From a bacterium (GTDB lineage: Bacteria; Fidelibacterota; Marinisomatia; Marinisomatales; UBA1611), in assembly GCA_038127595.1 (NCBI GenBank), contig JAYPIC010000005.1, forward strand, positions 2,371 to 28,934: a DNA stretch of 26,564 nt. The letters run 5' to 3'. The notes under the pieces are model-generated. The model was not told the origin of the DNA, did not search any database, and worked only from the letters and a program-made list of their open reading frames with translations. The first letter of the stretch is position 1; each line of letters opens with the position of its first letter. Below, piece after piece: positions 1-10,874 of the stretch. Both the position numbers and the translations under genes were made by a program.

Positions 1-159
1 GTTGAGGAATTGGGTTTGAATGTTCCAGTAATAGTTCGTTTAAATGGAACCAATGCAGAGGAAGCAAAAGAAATACTATCAAATTCTGATGTCTCAGTGA
101 TCGCAGCAAGTGGCATGAAAGATGCTGCTGAGAAGGCTGTTAAAGCAATAAAAAACTAA
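1..159 (+). CDS. sucC: Succinyl-CoA synthetase beta subunit, 3' end (partial)
   Basis: Frame 1 reads [26 protein letters not shown]...[12 protein letters not shown], matching the SucC C-terminal P-x-x-VRL-x-GTN motif. It lies directly upstream of sucD and is absent from the ORF track. Confidence 0.93.
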   Translation, partial: VEELGLNVPVIVRLNGTNAEEAKEILSNSDVSVIAASGMKDAAEKAVKAIKN

Positions 160-170
160 GGATTTTAAAC

Positions 171-1046
171 ATGTCAATATTAGTAAATAAAAACTCAAGG
201 GTCATCGTTCAAGGAATTACTGGATCTGAAGGCGATTTTCACTCTAAGCAAATGCTAGATTATGGCACAAATATTGTTGGCGGCGTTACTCCAGGAAAAG
301 GCGGACAGTATGCTGTTGATGAAAAAATTAAAGTTTTTGACTCTGTAGAGGAAGCAGTTGACCAAACGAATGCAAATACATCTATCATTTTTGTACCTCC
401 CCCCTTTGCTGCTGACGCAATCATAGAAGCTAGTTATGCTGGCGTAGAAACGATTGTATGCATAACAGAAGGCGTTCCTGTACATGATATGGTAAAAGTA
501 AAGCAAGTAACGAATAAAAATAGAACCAGGCTAATTGGTCCCAACTGCCCAGGAATAATTACTGTTGATGAATGTAAACTCGGTATCATGCCAGGTTTCA
601 TTTGCAAAAAAGGAAATATAGGCGTTGTATCCAAATCAGGTACTTTAACCTATGAGGCAATTGATCAACTTGTAAATGTTGGACTAGGTCAAACAACTGC
701 TATAGGGATTGGTGGGGATCCAATAATTGGAACCACAATGAAAGACTGTTTAGAATTATTTGAAAAAGATCCAGATACCGAGGGCGTGGTGATCATCGGC
801 GAGATAGGTGGGCAAATGGAAATTGAAGCTGCCATTTGGGCTAATGATAATATGTCGAAACCTATTGCAGGCTTCATTGCTGGTCAAACAGCTCCACCTG
901 GAAAGAGAATGGGACACGCGGGTGCTATAGTATCAGGTGGAAATGATACCGCCGAAGCCAAAATGAAAGTATTATCTGACTGTGGAATTTCTGTATCAGA
1001 ATCTGTAGCCGATATTGGCAGGATAATGAAATCATTAATGAATTAA
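171..1046 (+). CDS. sucD: Succinyl-CoA synthetase alpha subunit
   Basis: [25 protein letters not shown], and the MGHAGA phosphohistidine motif. Confidence 0.98.
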   Translation: MSILVNKNSRVIVQGITGSEGDFHSKQMLDYGTNIVGGVTPGKGGQYAVDEKIKVFDSVEEAVDQTNANTSIIFVPPPFAADAIIEASYAGVETIVCITEGVPVHDMVKVKQVTNKNRTRLIGPNCPGIITVDECKLGIMPGFICKKGNIGVVSKSGTLTYEAIDQLVNVGLGQTTAIGIGGDPIIGTTMKDCLELFEKDPDTEGVVIIGEIGGQMEIEAAIWANDNMSKPIAGFIAGQTAPPGKRMGHAGAIVSGGNDTAEAKMKVLSDCGISVSESVADIGRIMKSLMN

Positions 1047-1068
1047 AACAATAAGCTTAGGACTAAAA

Positions 1069-1494
1069 ATGAATAATATAACTTTTGCAATTATTAAACC
1101 AGATGCAGTGAAAAATAGAAATACTGGTAAAATATATGATCGAATAATATCAGCAGGCTTTGAAATTAAAAGCGCAAAGCTACTTCGCATGACTCAGTCT
1201 CAGGCTGAGGGTTTTTACGCAGTACACAAAGAAAGACCATTTTTTGGTGAACTTACTGATTTTATGTCATCTGGACCTTGTATGGTACTGGCTCTTCAAA
1301 AAGAAAATGCAGTAGAGGAATGGAGAAAAACCATCGGAGCAACTAACCCTGAGGAAGCAGAAAATGGGACGATAAGGAAAGATTTTGCAACAAATATTCA
1401 AGAAAATGCAGTTCATGGATCAGATTCTGATGAAAATGCAAAAAAAGAGATTGGATTTTTCTTCTCAGATAGTGAACTTATAGCAAATAACTAA
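1069..1494 (+). CDS. ndk: Nucleoside diphosphate kinase
   Basis: TFAIIKPDAV, FYAVHKERPFF, GTIR, and NAVHGSDS with the catalytic His. Confidence 0.98.
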   Translation: MNNITFAIIKPDAVKNRNTGKIYDRIISAGFEIKSAKLLRMTQSQAEGFYAVHKERPFFGELTDFMSSGPCMVLALQKENAVEEWRKTIGATNPEEAENGTIRKDFATNIQENAVHGSDSDENAKKEIGFFFSDSELIANN

Positions 1495-1507
1495 AAACTG
1501 TTTAAAT

Positions 1508-2398
<891 letters not shown>

Positions 2399-2416
2399 TA
2401 AAACTCATCATATAAT

Positions 2417-3661
2417 TTGTTAGAAAAAAAACTGCATTTTAACTACAAAGATATATTTCTTGCACCTCGCATAGGGTTAAGCCCAAAAAAGATTTGGATC
2501 TTTATTTTAGGTAACTTGACTGGTTACATTGGCTATTGGGTATTTTCATTTCTTGCAATGATAGTATCAAATGTGAGCATAATTGAGGCTCTTTATGATT
2601 TTGGTCTCTACCCCTATCTAGCGGGCAATGACTATTCGACTTTTTCTTGGATCATATATTATTTTGGCATTTTATTCTGGCTATATTGTTTACTTATTTC
2701 TAGTACAGCGATATCTTCTTTGACCATTAGGCAATTAAGGGGAGAGCACTTTCATTCTATCAATGTAGCAATTGATGATGCTTTGAAAAAGTGGAAAACT
2801 ATTTTATTTTCTCCAATTACTTTCGTATTTATACTTTTATCTCTTTTTTTAATCGGTTCTTTCGTCGCCTTGATCGGCAGGATTCCTTACATTGGCTCTA
2901 TCCTACTTGCTATTACCTATCCTTTATACTTTTTTGGAGCAATATTTCTTTTATTTACTTTTTTAGTATTTTTGAGCTCATTTTTAATGCTACCATCTTT
3001 GGTTGGAGTCTATAATGAAGATACGGTTGGATCTGTCTTTCAATCATATCAAATCTTATACAATCAACCTTGGCGATTAATTTTTTATAACCTAATACTA
3101 CTCCCTTTAATAGTAATATCATTAAATATCTTCTCATGGTTCTACGAGACAGGCTTTGCGATGATTAATTTTATTTTTGCCGAGCTTATTGGGTCCACTT
3201 TTTCAAATATATTGAGCTATGCTACATCAATTTTAAATATTGATTTTATTCTGGATAATATTTCAGTATTACAAAATTTTACGTTCCAATTGAAAACCAT
3301 AAGCCTAGACTTAATTGGATTCTTCGTATTTTTGTTTAATGAGACTACTAATCTTCTTGTTTCTACACTTCCTGATTTAACCTATAATTCTGATGGTGGC
3401 TACATAACTTCTATTGAAACAGTTAGCGGTTTAATAATTTCTATAATTCTCATTTTCATTTACATTTCTTTTATCTCTTATGGCTTTTCAATTTTAGCAG
3501 TTGGTGAGACGATAATTTTTATTATTTTTAAAAAATTAATTGAAAACGAGGATTTGATAATCCATAATAGCTCAAATAATTCAATCGATAATGATTCTAA
3601 TAACTCTTCAATAGATGAATCTAGTGCAAAAGTTCTTGGATTATCTACTGAAGATGAATAG
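2417..3661 (+). CDS. Polytopic membrane protein of unknown function
   Basis: 414-aa ORF with TTG start, many hydrophobic segments and an acidic, Ser/Asn-rich tail. Confidence 0.75.
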   Translation: MLEKKLHFNYKDIFLAPRIGLSPKKIWIFILGNLTGYIGYWVFSFLAMIVSNVSIIEALYDFGLYPYLAGNDYSTFSWIIYYFGILFWLYCLLISSTAISSLTIRQLRGEHFHSINVAIDDALKKWKTILFSPITFVFILLSLFLIGSFVALIGRIPYIGSILLAITYPLYFFGAIFLLFTFLVFLSSFLMLPSLVGVYNEDTVGSVFQSYQILYNQPWRLIFYNLILLPLIVISLNIFSWFYETGFAMINFIFAELIGSTFSNILSYATSILNIDFILDNISVLQNFTFQLKTISLDLIGFFVFLFNETTNLLVSTLPDLTYNSDGGYITSIETVSGLIISIILIFIYISFISYGFSILAVGETIIFIIFKKLIENEDLIIHNSSNNSIDNDSNNSSIDESSAKVLGLSTEDE

Positions 3662-3683
3662 GAACCCCCTTGTCTATTGTATC

Positions 3684-3712
3684 TTGTAAAACTAACCTAA
3701 GATAAGTAATTT
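3684..3712 (+). promoter_or_regulatory. Candidate sigma70 promoter of the yceD-rpmF-fab operon
   Basis: TTGTAA (3684-3689), a 17-nt spacer and TAATTT (3707-3712), ending 9 nt before the ATG at 3722. The AT-rich background weakens this call. Confidence 0.4.
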
Positions 3713-3721
3713 TAAGGCTGT

Positions 3722-4180
3722 ATGGATATTTTTCGTTCGGATTTAAATGCCGGATTTAAAAATAAGCTTTTTGAAACAGAAATAGAGCATGTAAATGATA
3801 GAAATATTGTTCTTGAAAATAATACGTTAGTTTGTGAACTCACATCCGGCAAAACTAAAAATGGTTTTAAAATTACAGGTCACTTAATTAACAATGTTGT
3901 TAACGATTGTGATAGATGTTTATGTTCATATATTGTCAAAGATAAATTAAAAGTACACTTTAACGTATATAATAATCCAAGTTCTATAGATAATAGAAAA
4001 GACGATATTTTATATTGGCCATCAAAAAAAGATAGTATTGATATTAGCGATCATCTTATAGAGATATTACTGGTTGAGGTACCATTTAAAAAATTGTGCT
4101 CTACAGACTGTAAAGGTATTTGTATTAAATGTGGTTCAAATCGTAATGATGAATCATGCTTATGCGAAAAAAATAAATAA
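3722..4180 (+). CDS. yceD: YceD/DUF177 family protein
   Basis: CDRCL and LCSTDCKGICIKCG...CLC motifs; canonical position upstream of rpmF. Confidence 0.9.
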   Translation: MDIFRSDLNAGFKNKLFETEIEHVNDRNIVLENNTLVCELTSGKTKNGFKITGHLINNVVNDCDRCLCSYIVKDKLKVHFNVYNNPSSIDNRKDDILYWPSKKDSIDISDHLIEILLVEVPFKKLCSTDCKGICIKCGSNRNDESCLCEKNK

Positions 4181-4201
4181 AATTATTCTAGGAGAATACA
4201 T

Positions 4202-4378
4202 ATGGCTCTGCCAAAAAGAAGACAATCAAAGTCTAGAAGTAAAAAGAGAAGGACTCATTACAAATCTGGTTTAGTTTCTACTACTACATGCGCACAATGT
4301 GGTGCTACAAAAATGCCACACCGCGCATGCCCTAGTTGTGGTTATTACAGGGGTAGACCAGTTGTTTCTTCATCTTGA
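4202..4378 (+). CDS. rpmF: 50S ribosomal protein L32 (Zn-ribbon type, 58 aa)
   Basis: Manual translation MALPKRRQSKSRSKKRRTHY...CAQCG...PHRACPSCGYYRGRPV, with AGGAG Shine-Dalgarno upstream. Too short for the ORF track. Confidence 0.97.
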   Translation: MALPKRRQSKSRSKKRRTHYKSGLVSTTTCAQCGATKMPHRACPSCGYYRGRPVVSSS

Positions 4379-4431
4379 GAATAAGATACACTCATAACTC
4401 AAAAATCATTATTTAATACTTAAATATTAAA

Positions 4432-5421
4432 TTGAATGCTACGATAACATCTACGGCTCATTACGTTCCAGAAAAGATTTTAACAAATTCCGACCTTGAA
4501 AAACTTGTCGATACCTCAGATGAGTGGATTAAAAGTAGAGTAGGTATCAACCAAAGACATGTCGTTTCTGATGGAGAAGCTTCATCTGATATGTCAACAA
4601 AGGTAGCACACTCACTACTAGAAAAAAGAGGAATTAGCGCTGCTAATATCGATGTTATCATAATTGGAACCGTTACTCCTGACCACCCTACCCCCTCTAC
4701 CGCAGCTATTGTTCAAAACAATATTAATGCGGAAAATGCATGGGCATTTGATTTAAGTGCTGCTTGCAGTGGTTTTTTATACGCGCTGGAGACTGGAGCA
4801 AAATTTATTGAATCTGGCCAATACAAGACTATTATGGTAATAGGCGTTGATACAATGACATCTATACTAGATTTTGAAGATAGAGAAACATGTATCATCT
4901 TTGGCGATGGAGCTGGAGGAGTAATTCTTGAAGCATCAAATTCAAATACTGGAATTTTAGGATCTGTTTTAAAGACAGATGGATCAGGAGCAGAGAGCCT
5001 CAATGTGTTAGCAGGTGGAAGCAAATACCCCGCATCACCAACTACGATTAAAAATAGACAGCATTACATAAAACAAGATGGAAAGAAAGTTTTTAAGTTT
5101 GCTATTAAAAGGATGTCTGATGTCTCAATTAAACTCTTAGAAGATAATGGTTTAGCTGGAAAAGATATTAAACTTTTCATTCCCCACCAAGCAAATAAGC
5201 GAATTATTGAAGCTACAGGAGAGCGATGTAACATTCCCTTGGACAGGGTTATGATAAACATCGATAAATACGGTAATACCACTGCTGGAACAATCCCTAT
5301 AGCTTTAAATGAGGCTGTTGAAAGCAATCTAATATCCAATGGAGATTACATTCTTTTAGCTGCATTTGGTTCTGGATTTACATGGGGTAGTATTCTTATA
5401 AAATGGGATACAATGGTTTGA
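4432..5421 (+). CDS. fabH: Beta-ketoacyl-ACP synthase III
   Basis: Catalytic triad motifs AACSGF, PHQAN and YGNT; FGDGAG; TTG start. Confidence 0.97.
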   Translation: MNATITSTAHYVPEKILTNSDLEKLVDTSDEWIKSRVGINQRHVVSDGEASSDMSTKVAHSLLEKRGISAANIDVIIIGTVTPDHPTPSTAAIVQNNINAENAWAFDLSAACSGFLYALETGAKFIESGQYKTIMVIGVDTMTSILDFEDRETCIIFGDGAGGVILEASNSNTGILGSVLKTDGSGAESLNVLAGGSKYPASPTTIKNRQHYIKQDGKKVFKFAIKRMSDVSIKLLEDNGLAGKDIKLFIPHQANKRIIEATGERCNIPLDRVMINIDKYGNTTAGTIPIALNEAVESNLISNGDYILLAAFGSGFTWGSILIKWDTMV

Positions 5422-6338
5422 ACAAGAGTTGGATTTTCCCTGGGCAGGCCTCGCAGTTCGTTGGAATGGGTAAGGATCTTTTCGACAACACTGACATAGG
5501 TAAAAAATATTATAATCTAGCCAATGATATTTTAGAGGTCGACATACAGGATATATCATTCAATGGTCCTGAAGAAAAACTTAAAATAACCAAATATACT
5601 CAGCCTGCTATTTTCATTGTCAGTAGTGTAATTAGTCATTTGCTTATAGAGAACGGACATGTGCCTGGTTGCGTGGCTGGACATAGCTTGGGTGAATATA
5701 GTGCGCTTACAGCAGCTGGCGGCATTAGCTTTGAAACAGGATTAGAATTAGTAAAAATACGCTCCAATAGTATGGATAAAGCAGGTATAACTAATCCTGG
5801 TACAATGGCTGCGATAATAGGATTAAATATGGATTCTGTAGTCAAATTAGCTAACAGTATTAAAACTAATGAAGTTATTGTAGCAGCTAATCATAATACT
5901 GAGAATCAGATAGTTATATCTGGCAATATAAATGCAGTAAATGAATTCGTAAGTATTGCAAAGGAAAACGGAGCTAGAATGGCGATTCCTTTAAACGTTA
6001 GTGGAGCTTTTCATTCTTCACTAATGCAACCAGCTAGAGAAGAGCTTGCTGATAAGCTAAATTCTATCCAAATTTCAGATATAAATATCCCTTTATACTC
6101 AAATGTTAATGCAAAGCCAACAATGAAAGGTTCTGAAATAAAAGAGTCCTTAATTAGTCAATTAGAAAGCCCAGTTTTATGGTTCGACACGATAAATAAT
6201 ATGGTTTCTAATGGTAACCTGAATTTTCTAGAAGTAGGTCCTGGTAAAGTGCTCTCTGGATTAAATAAAAAGATTAATAGAGATATTACTACTACTAACA
6301 TTGGAACCCTAATAGAGCTTAATTCCTATGAAATTTGA
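5418..6338 (+). CDS. fabD: Malonyl-CoA:ACP transacylase
   Basis: FPGQ, TQPAI, GHSLGEY, VSGAFHS and EVGPG motifs. The probable start is TTG 5418, overlapping the fabH stop (TTGA); the ORF track starts at ATG 5403. Confidence 0.95.
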   Translation: MNKSWIFPGQASQFVGMGKDLFDNTDIGKKYYNLANDILEVDIQDISFNGPEEKLKITKYTQPAIFIVSSVISHLLIENGHVPGCVAGHSLGEYSALTAAGGISFETGLELVKIRSNSMDKAGITNPGTMAAIIGLNMDSVVKLANSIKTNEVIVAANHNTENQIVISGNINAVNEFVSIAKENGARMAIPLNVSGAFHSSLMQPAREELADKLNSIQISDINIPLYSNVNAKPTMKGSEIKESLISQLESPVLWFDTINNMVSNGNLNFLEVGPGKVLSGLNKKINRDITTTNIGTLIELNSYEI

Positions 6339-7077
6339 TCTAAATAATAAAGTCGCAATTGTAACTGGTGCATCTCAAGGTATTGGAGAAACTATAGCTG
6401 TAGAAATGGCTAACTCTGGTGCATATGTAATATGCCTAGCTAGAAATAAAAGTGCACTTGACTCTACCATAAATATTATTGATAAAAATGGAAAACAAGC
6501 TGTTGCATATTCTTGTGACATAACAAATAATGATCAGTTCAACCAAATTGTCAAGAGCGTTATAGATGAACATGGGAAAATTGATATTTTAGTAAACAAT
6601 GCCGGAATTACAAATGATACCTTATTAATGAGAATGTCTGATGAACAATGGGATAATGTTTTAGATATTAATTTAAAAGGTTCATTCACATCAACCAGAT
6701 CTGTCATTAAACACATGATGAAAAAAAGATTTGGTAGAATAATTAACATTACATCAATTGTCGGTTTAACTGGTAATGCAGGCCAAGCAAACTATGCTGC
6801 GTCAAAAGCCGGCCTAATAGGGATGACAAAATCCATCGCTAAAGAAGTTGCATCGCGAGGCATAACAGCAAACTGCATTGCACCAGGTTGGATTGAAACA
6901 TCAATGACCGATGAGTTAAGTGATGATGTTAAAAATAAATTTTTATCGCAAATTCCTACTGGAAAAATTGGTTACCCAAAGGATATAGCAAATGCAGTAA
7001 TTTTTCTTGCATCAGATGAGGCAGAATATATAACTGGACAAACTATCACAGTAGACGGTGGTAGAATAATTAATTAA
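6328..7077 (+). CDS. fabG: 3-oxoacyl-ACP reductase
   Basis: [14 protein letters not shown] and NYAASK motifs; fab operon context. Confidence 0.96.
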   Translation: MKFDLNNKVAIVTGASQGIGETIAVEMANSGAYVICLARNKSALDSTINIIDKNGKQAVAYSCDITNNDQFNQIVKSVIDEHGKIDILVNNAGITNDTLLMRMSDEQWDNVLDINLKGSFTSTRSVIKHMMKKRFGRIINITSIVGLTGNAGQANYAASKAGLIGMTKSIAKEVASRGITANCIAPGWIETSMTDELSDDVKNKFLSQIPTGKIGYPKDIANAVIFLASDEAEYITGQTITVDGGRIIN

Positions 7078-7094
7078 ATAAGAGGAGACACATA

Positions 7095-7325
7095 ATGTCA
7101 ACATTCGATAAAGTAAAAGAAGTAGTAATTGATAAACTAGGAGTTGATGAAGCTGCAATTACTGAAGAGGCTCATTTTGTTAATGATCTAGGTGCAGATT
7201 CACTAGACACTGTTGAACTCATTATGGAATTTGAAGAAGAGTTTGGTATTGAAATTCCTGATGAGGAAGCAGAAAACATTACTACAATTAGTAGCGCGAT
7301 CAAATATATTGATGAACATAAATAA
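7095..7325 (+). CDS. acpP: Acyl carrier protein
   Basis: DLGADSLD phosphopantetheine attachment site; AGGAG Shine-Dalgarno. Confidence 0.98.
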   Translation: MSTFDKVKEVVIDKLGVDEAAITEEAHFVNDLGADSLDTVELIMEFEEEFGIEIPDEEAENITTISSAIKYIDEHK

Positions 7326-7340
7326 ATAGTATATTTATAA

Positions 7341-8579
7341 ATGCATAAAAAAGTAGTAGTAACTGGAGTAGGTGCTTTAGCTCCTAATGGGAATTCTGCT
7401 GAACAGTTTTGGTCAGCAATTGAATCAGGTACTAGTGGCATAGCTCCTATTACATACTTTGATGCCTCTAATCATAGAGTTTCAATAGCAGGAGAACTGA
7501 AGGACTTTAACCCTGAGGATACTCTAGATCTTAAAGAGATTCGCAAACTTGACCCATTTTCTACATTTGCACTAGTATGCTCAAATGAAGCCGTCCAATC
7601 AGCTAATCTGGATCTGGAAAGTATTGACCTAGATCGTGCTGGCGTTGTTATTGGAAGTGGAATTGGAGGAATTCAAACATTAGAGTCTGAGCACGATATC
7701 ATTAAAAATAAGGGTGCGAGAAGAGTATCCCCACAGTTCGTTGCAAAAATGATCCCTAATATAGCTGGCGGTCATGTATCAATGAGATTTGGGTTTCGAG
7801 GACCAAGTCAAACAGTTATTTCTGCATGTGCTTCATCCAACGATGCCATTGGTATAGCTCTTCGGCTAATTAGGTATGGAGATGCTGACATAATGCTTAC
7901 TGGTGGCACTGAAGCAAGCATTACGCCTCTCACTATTGCAGGCTTTGCTAATATGAGAGCTCTTTCTCAAAATTGCGAAAATCCTACCGAAGCCAGTAGA
8001 CCTTTTGATGCAAATAGAGATGGATTCGTACTTAGTGAAGGAGCAGGAATGCTTGTAATTGAATCTGAAGAACATGCTTTAAAAAGAGGAGCTACTATAC
8101 TAGCAGAATTAGCTGGTTATGGTTCATCTGATGATGCGTTTCATATAACCCAACCTGCTCCAGAAGGCCTTGGAGCATTTAAAGCTATGAAAAGGGCATT
8201 AGAGGATGCATCGATTACCACTGATGACATAGATTACATTAATGCTCATGGTACGTCTACACCTTTTAATGATAAGAACGAATCAAAAGCAATTGGGAAC
8301 CTTTTCAAGGATACTTTGCATAAACTAAAAGTCAGTTCTACAAAGTCTATGACAGGTCATTTACTTGGAGCAGCAGGCGGTTTGGAGGCAGTTGCAACAG
8401 TTAAATCTATCGTTAACAGTAAGATAGCACCGACAATTAATTACAAAAACCCGGACCCCGAATGCACATTAGACTATACACCGAATAATGCTGTATCCCA
8501 TACTATCAATGCTGCACTATCTAATACATTTGGATTTGGAGGCCACAATGCTGTTTTATGTTTTAGGAAATATAATTGA
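7341..8579 (+). CDS. fabF: Beta-ketoacyl-ACP synthase II
   Basis: SACAS, NAHGTST, KSMTGHLLGAAG and FGFGGHN motifs. Confidence 0.97.
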   Translation: MHKKVVVTGVGALAPNGNSAEQFWSAIESGTSGIAPITYFDASNHRVSIAGELKDFNPEDTLDLKEIRKLDPFSTFALVCSNEAVQSANLDLESIDLDRAGVVIGSGIGGIQTLESEHDIIKNKGARRVSPQFVAKMIPNIAGGHVSMRFGFRGPSQTVISACASSNDAIGIALRLIRYGDADIMLTGGTEASITPLTIAGFANMRALSQNCENPTEASRPFDANRDGFVLSEGAGMLVIESEEHALKRGATILAELAGYGSSDDAFHITQPAPEGLGAFKAMKRALEDASITTDDIDYINAHGTSTPFNDKNESKAIGNLFKDTLHKLKVSSTKSMTGHLLGAAGGLEAVATVKSIVNSKIAPTINYKNPDPECTLDYTPNNAVSHTINAALSNTFGFGGHNAVLCFRKYN

Positions 8580-9289
8580 GTCTATTATATAAACTTAAAA
8601 ACATACTCAAAACAGATGATCACCTCTCCCCTGTAGAAAAAAAAATTAACTATTTATTCCATAACCGTGAATATTTAGTTCAAGCATTCACCCACAAAAG
8701 TATTACCCCGTCCCCAAGAAAAAATTATGAGAGATTAGAATTTCTTGGTGATACTGTTATTGATTTAATAATAAGCAGAGAACTAATGAGAGAATTCCCA
8801 GAAGGCGATGAGGGCTTACTGACTCAAAGAAGAGCATCTTTAGTAAGAAAATCATTTTTAGCTCAAATCAGTAAAATGTTAGACCTAATTGATCATATTA
8901 ATATTGAAGCTAGCGTTAATATGAATATTGAAAAAATAGCAGAGAAGCAACAAGCAAATCTTTTCGAAGCTATCATTGGAGCAATCTATTTAGATGGTGG
9001 TATTGAACCTTGTAGAAATTTAATTTTAGATACAATTTGGGCCCATAGAACTGAGGCATGGAAATCTACTAATTATAAAGGTAAGCTGATTGAATATTGC
9101 CATATAAAAGAAATTGGAAGTCCATCATTTAATGTAAAAGATATCACTGGTCCTGACCATCAAAAAACATTTGAAATTGAAGTTAAGATTGATGATAGAT
9201 GTTTTCCAACAGGGATGGGATTAGATAAAAAATCGGCAGAACAAACAGCGGCAAAAATAGCTTTAGAAACGCTAAATGCCCCTTTTTAG
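8576..9289 (+). CDS. rnc: Ribonuclease III
   Basis: ERLEFLGD signature and a C-terminal dsRBD (GPDHQKTF...KKSAEQTAA). The TTG start overlaps the fabF stop. Confidence 0.96.
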   Translation: MSLLYKLKNILKTDDHLSPVEKKINYLFHNREYLVQAFTHKSITPSPRKNYERLEFLGDTVIDLIISRELMREFPEGDEGLLTQRRASLVRKSFLAQISKMLDLIDHINIEASVNMNIEKIAEKQQANLFEAIIGAIYLDGGIEPCRNLILDTIWAHRTEAWKSTNYKGKLIEYCHIKEIGSPSFNVKDITGPDHQKTFEIEVKIDDRCFPTGMGLDKKSAEQTAAKIALETLNAPF

Positions 9290-9294
9290 TTAGA

Positions 9295-9840
9295 TCACGA
9301 TTCTAGCTCTTTAATTTTATCTCTGATTTTTGCAGCTTTTTCATATTCTTCTTCATCTACTGCTTGCTTTAATTTGACCTCAAGATCTTCAAGGGAATAC
9401 TTTGGTATTATAGTTTGTTTATTATCAGAAACTATTTCGTTTTTATCAACCCCAGCCTCTCTAATAACCTCTTCAGTTACATATATTTGAGCACCTAATC
9501 TTAGAGCTATTGAAATAGCATCACTAGGCCTTGCATCAATATTCTTTGTACCAAAATTTTTACTTTTAATCTTCAAGCTTGCATAAAAAACCCCATCATT
9601 TAATTGTGATATATTTACTGCATCGAGTGTGGCATCAACTTTTTTAATCATATCACAAATAAGATCATGAGTTAACGGTCTTGGGGTGTCGACAACCTCA
9701 AGAGCCAATGCGATAGATTGAGCTTCAAAACTTCCAACTAAAATTGGTAAAAATAATTTGCTAGAATCATCTTTTAATATGACTGCATAGCTGCGACTAG
9801 ATGGGTGATATGATATTTTTTCTACTTTAACAGGTATCAT
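9295..9840 (-). CDS. Bifunctional nuclease family (DUF151) protein with C-terminal UVR domain
   Basis: LPILVGSFEAQSIA, RPLTHDL, DARPSDAI, and EEYEKAAKIRDKI (UVR). Confidence 0.92.
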   Translation of the reverse strand: MIPVKVEKISYHPSSRSYAVILKDDSSKLFLPILVGSFEAQSIALALEVVDTPRPLTHDLICDMIKKVDATLDAVNISQLNDGVFYASLKIKSKNFGTKNIDARPSDAISIALRLGAQIYVTEEVIREAGVDKNEIVSDNKQTIIPKYSLEDLEVKLKQAVDEEEYEKAAKIRDKIKELES

Positions 9841-10874
9841 TATATTTTTGATAATTTATCTTTTAATGTTTGGATATTTTTTACCGGACTAGGATCGGTA
9901 TTATGCAAAATTGCGCACCAGTAACTTAACCAATCTCCATAATGTATCAATAGTAAGAATCTTTCTTTGAAACTATTTCCATCAACTTTGATTTCTTGTT
10001 GGCTAACATTTAAACCTGATAAAATTTCACTAATAATATTCTTTCTAGATTTATTTCTGATATTCATTTCTTCGTCCATTAACCATAGAACATAGTAATT
10101 TGAGAAATATTTTTCATTATTCTCCCATCCAACAATTTCGTTATGATTCATCTCAGGATATATACTATGATATGCTAAAATTTTACTGTTTTCGCATATT
10201 TGCCCTTTTAATCTAACAGCCACTGTCTCCAAAGATCCGGAGTCAGCATATATAATGGGCAACTTATTGTATAATTTATTAGCTAATTGATATACAAGGT
10301 TATTTTCTTTATCTGAAGAATACTCTACCCTTTTTGATTTTATCAAATCAACTGAGGATTTTAACCAACTGCTGACTTCAACATTTATCAAACTAGTTTT
10401 TTTCAAAATGTATAGCAAAGGAATGAACGAAAAAGCTAAAGCAGCTCTGGGTTGAAGGCCAGAGGGTATATTGACAAAATCAAAGCTGTAGTTCTTACAA
10501 AGAGATTCTAAAACTCCTCCTGTAGTAATTCCAATCACCTTTGCACCTAAAGATTTAGCCTCTTCTAAAATTGAAATCGTTTCTTCTGTATTACCTGAAT
10601 AAGATGAACATATTATGAGAGTTGAACTGTTTGCCCAGGCAGGTAGATCATATCCTCTGTTTACAACGAAAGGTATTTTAATCTCATTTTTAATTAGAGA
10701 GTATACAACATCACCACCAATTGCTGACCCTCCCATGCCTGCAATGATTATATTATTCACATCTAGGTATTCATTTTTCAGTGTTATGTTTTCACTTAAT
10801 TTTATTGCATCAATTATATTTTCTGGAAAATCCCAAATGGATTGATACATATCGTCTTTATCAATTTCGTGCAT
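9840..10874 (-). CDS. Bifunctional phosphoglucose/phosphomannose isomerase (SIS fold)
   Basis: GMGGSAIGG, SYSGNTEET, QPRAA, ENSK and EMNHNEIVGW motifs. Confidence 0.92.
   Translation of the reverse strand: MHEIDKDDMYQSIWDFPENIIDAIKLSENITLKNEYLDVNNIIIAGMGGSAIGGDVVYSLIKNEIKIPFVVNRGYDLPAWANSSTLIICSSYSGNTEETISILEEAKSLGAKVIGITTGGVLESLCKNYSFDFVNIPSGLQPRAALAFSFIPLLYILKKTSLINVEVSSWLKSSVDLIKSKRVEYSSDKENNLVYQLANKLYNKLPIIYADSGSLETVAVRLKGQICENSKILAYHSIYPEMNHNEIVGWENNEKYFSNYYVLWLMDEEMNIRNKSRKNIISEILSGLNVSQQEIKVDGNSFKERFLLLIHYGDWLSYWCAILHNTDPSPVKNIQTLKDKLSKI

Noticed and set aside
4074..4274. 66-aa ORF overlapping yceD and rpmF
   Set aside because: It is an off-frame overlap; the real gene is rpmF at 4202-4378.
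8950..8975. RNase III has Asn (ANLFEA) where E. coli has an acidic residue (D114)
   Set aside because: The other catalytic residues are intact and, as I recall, Asn here is common in FCB RNase III; there is no evidence of inactivation.
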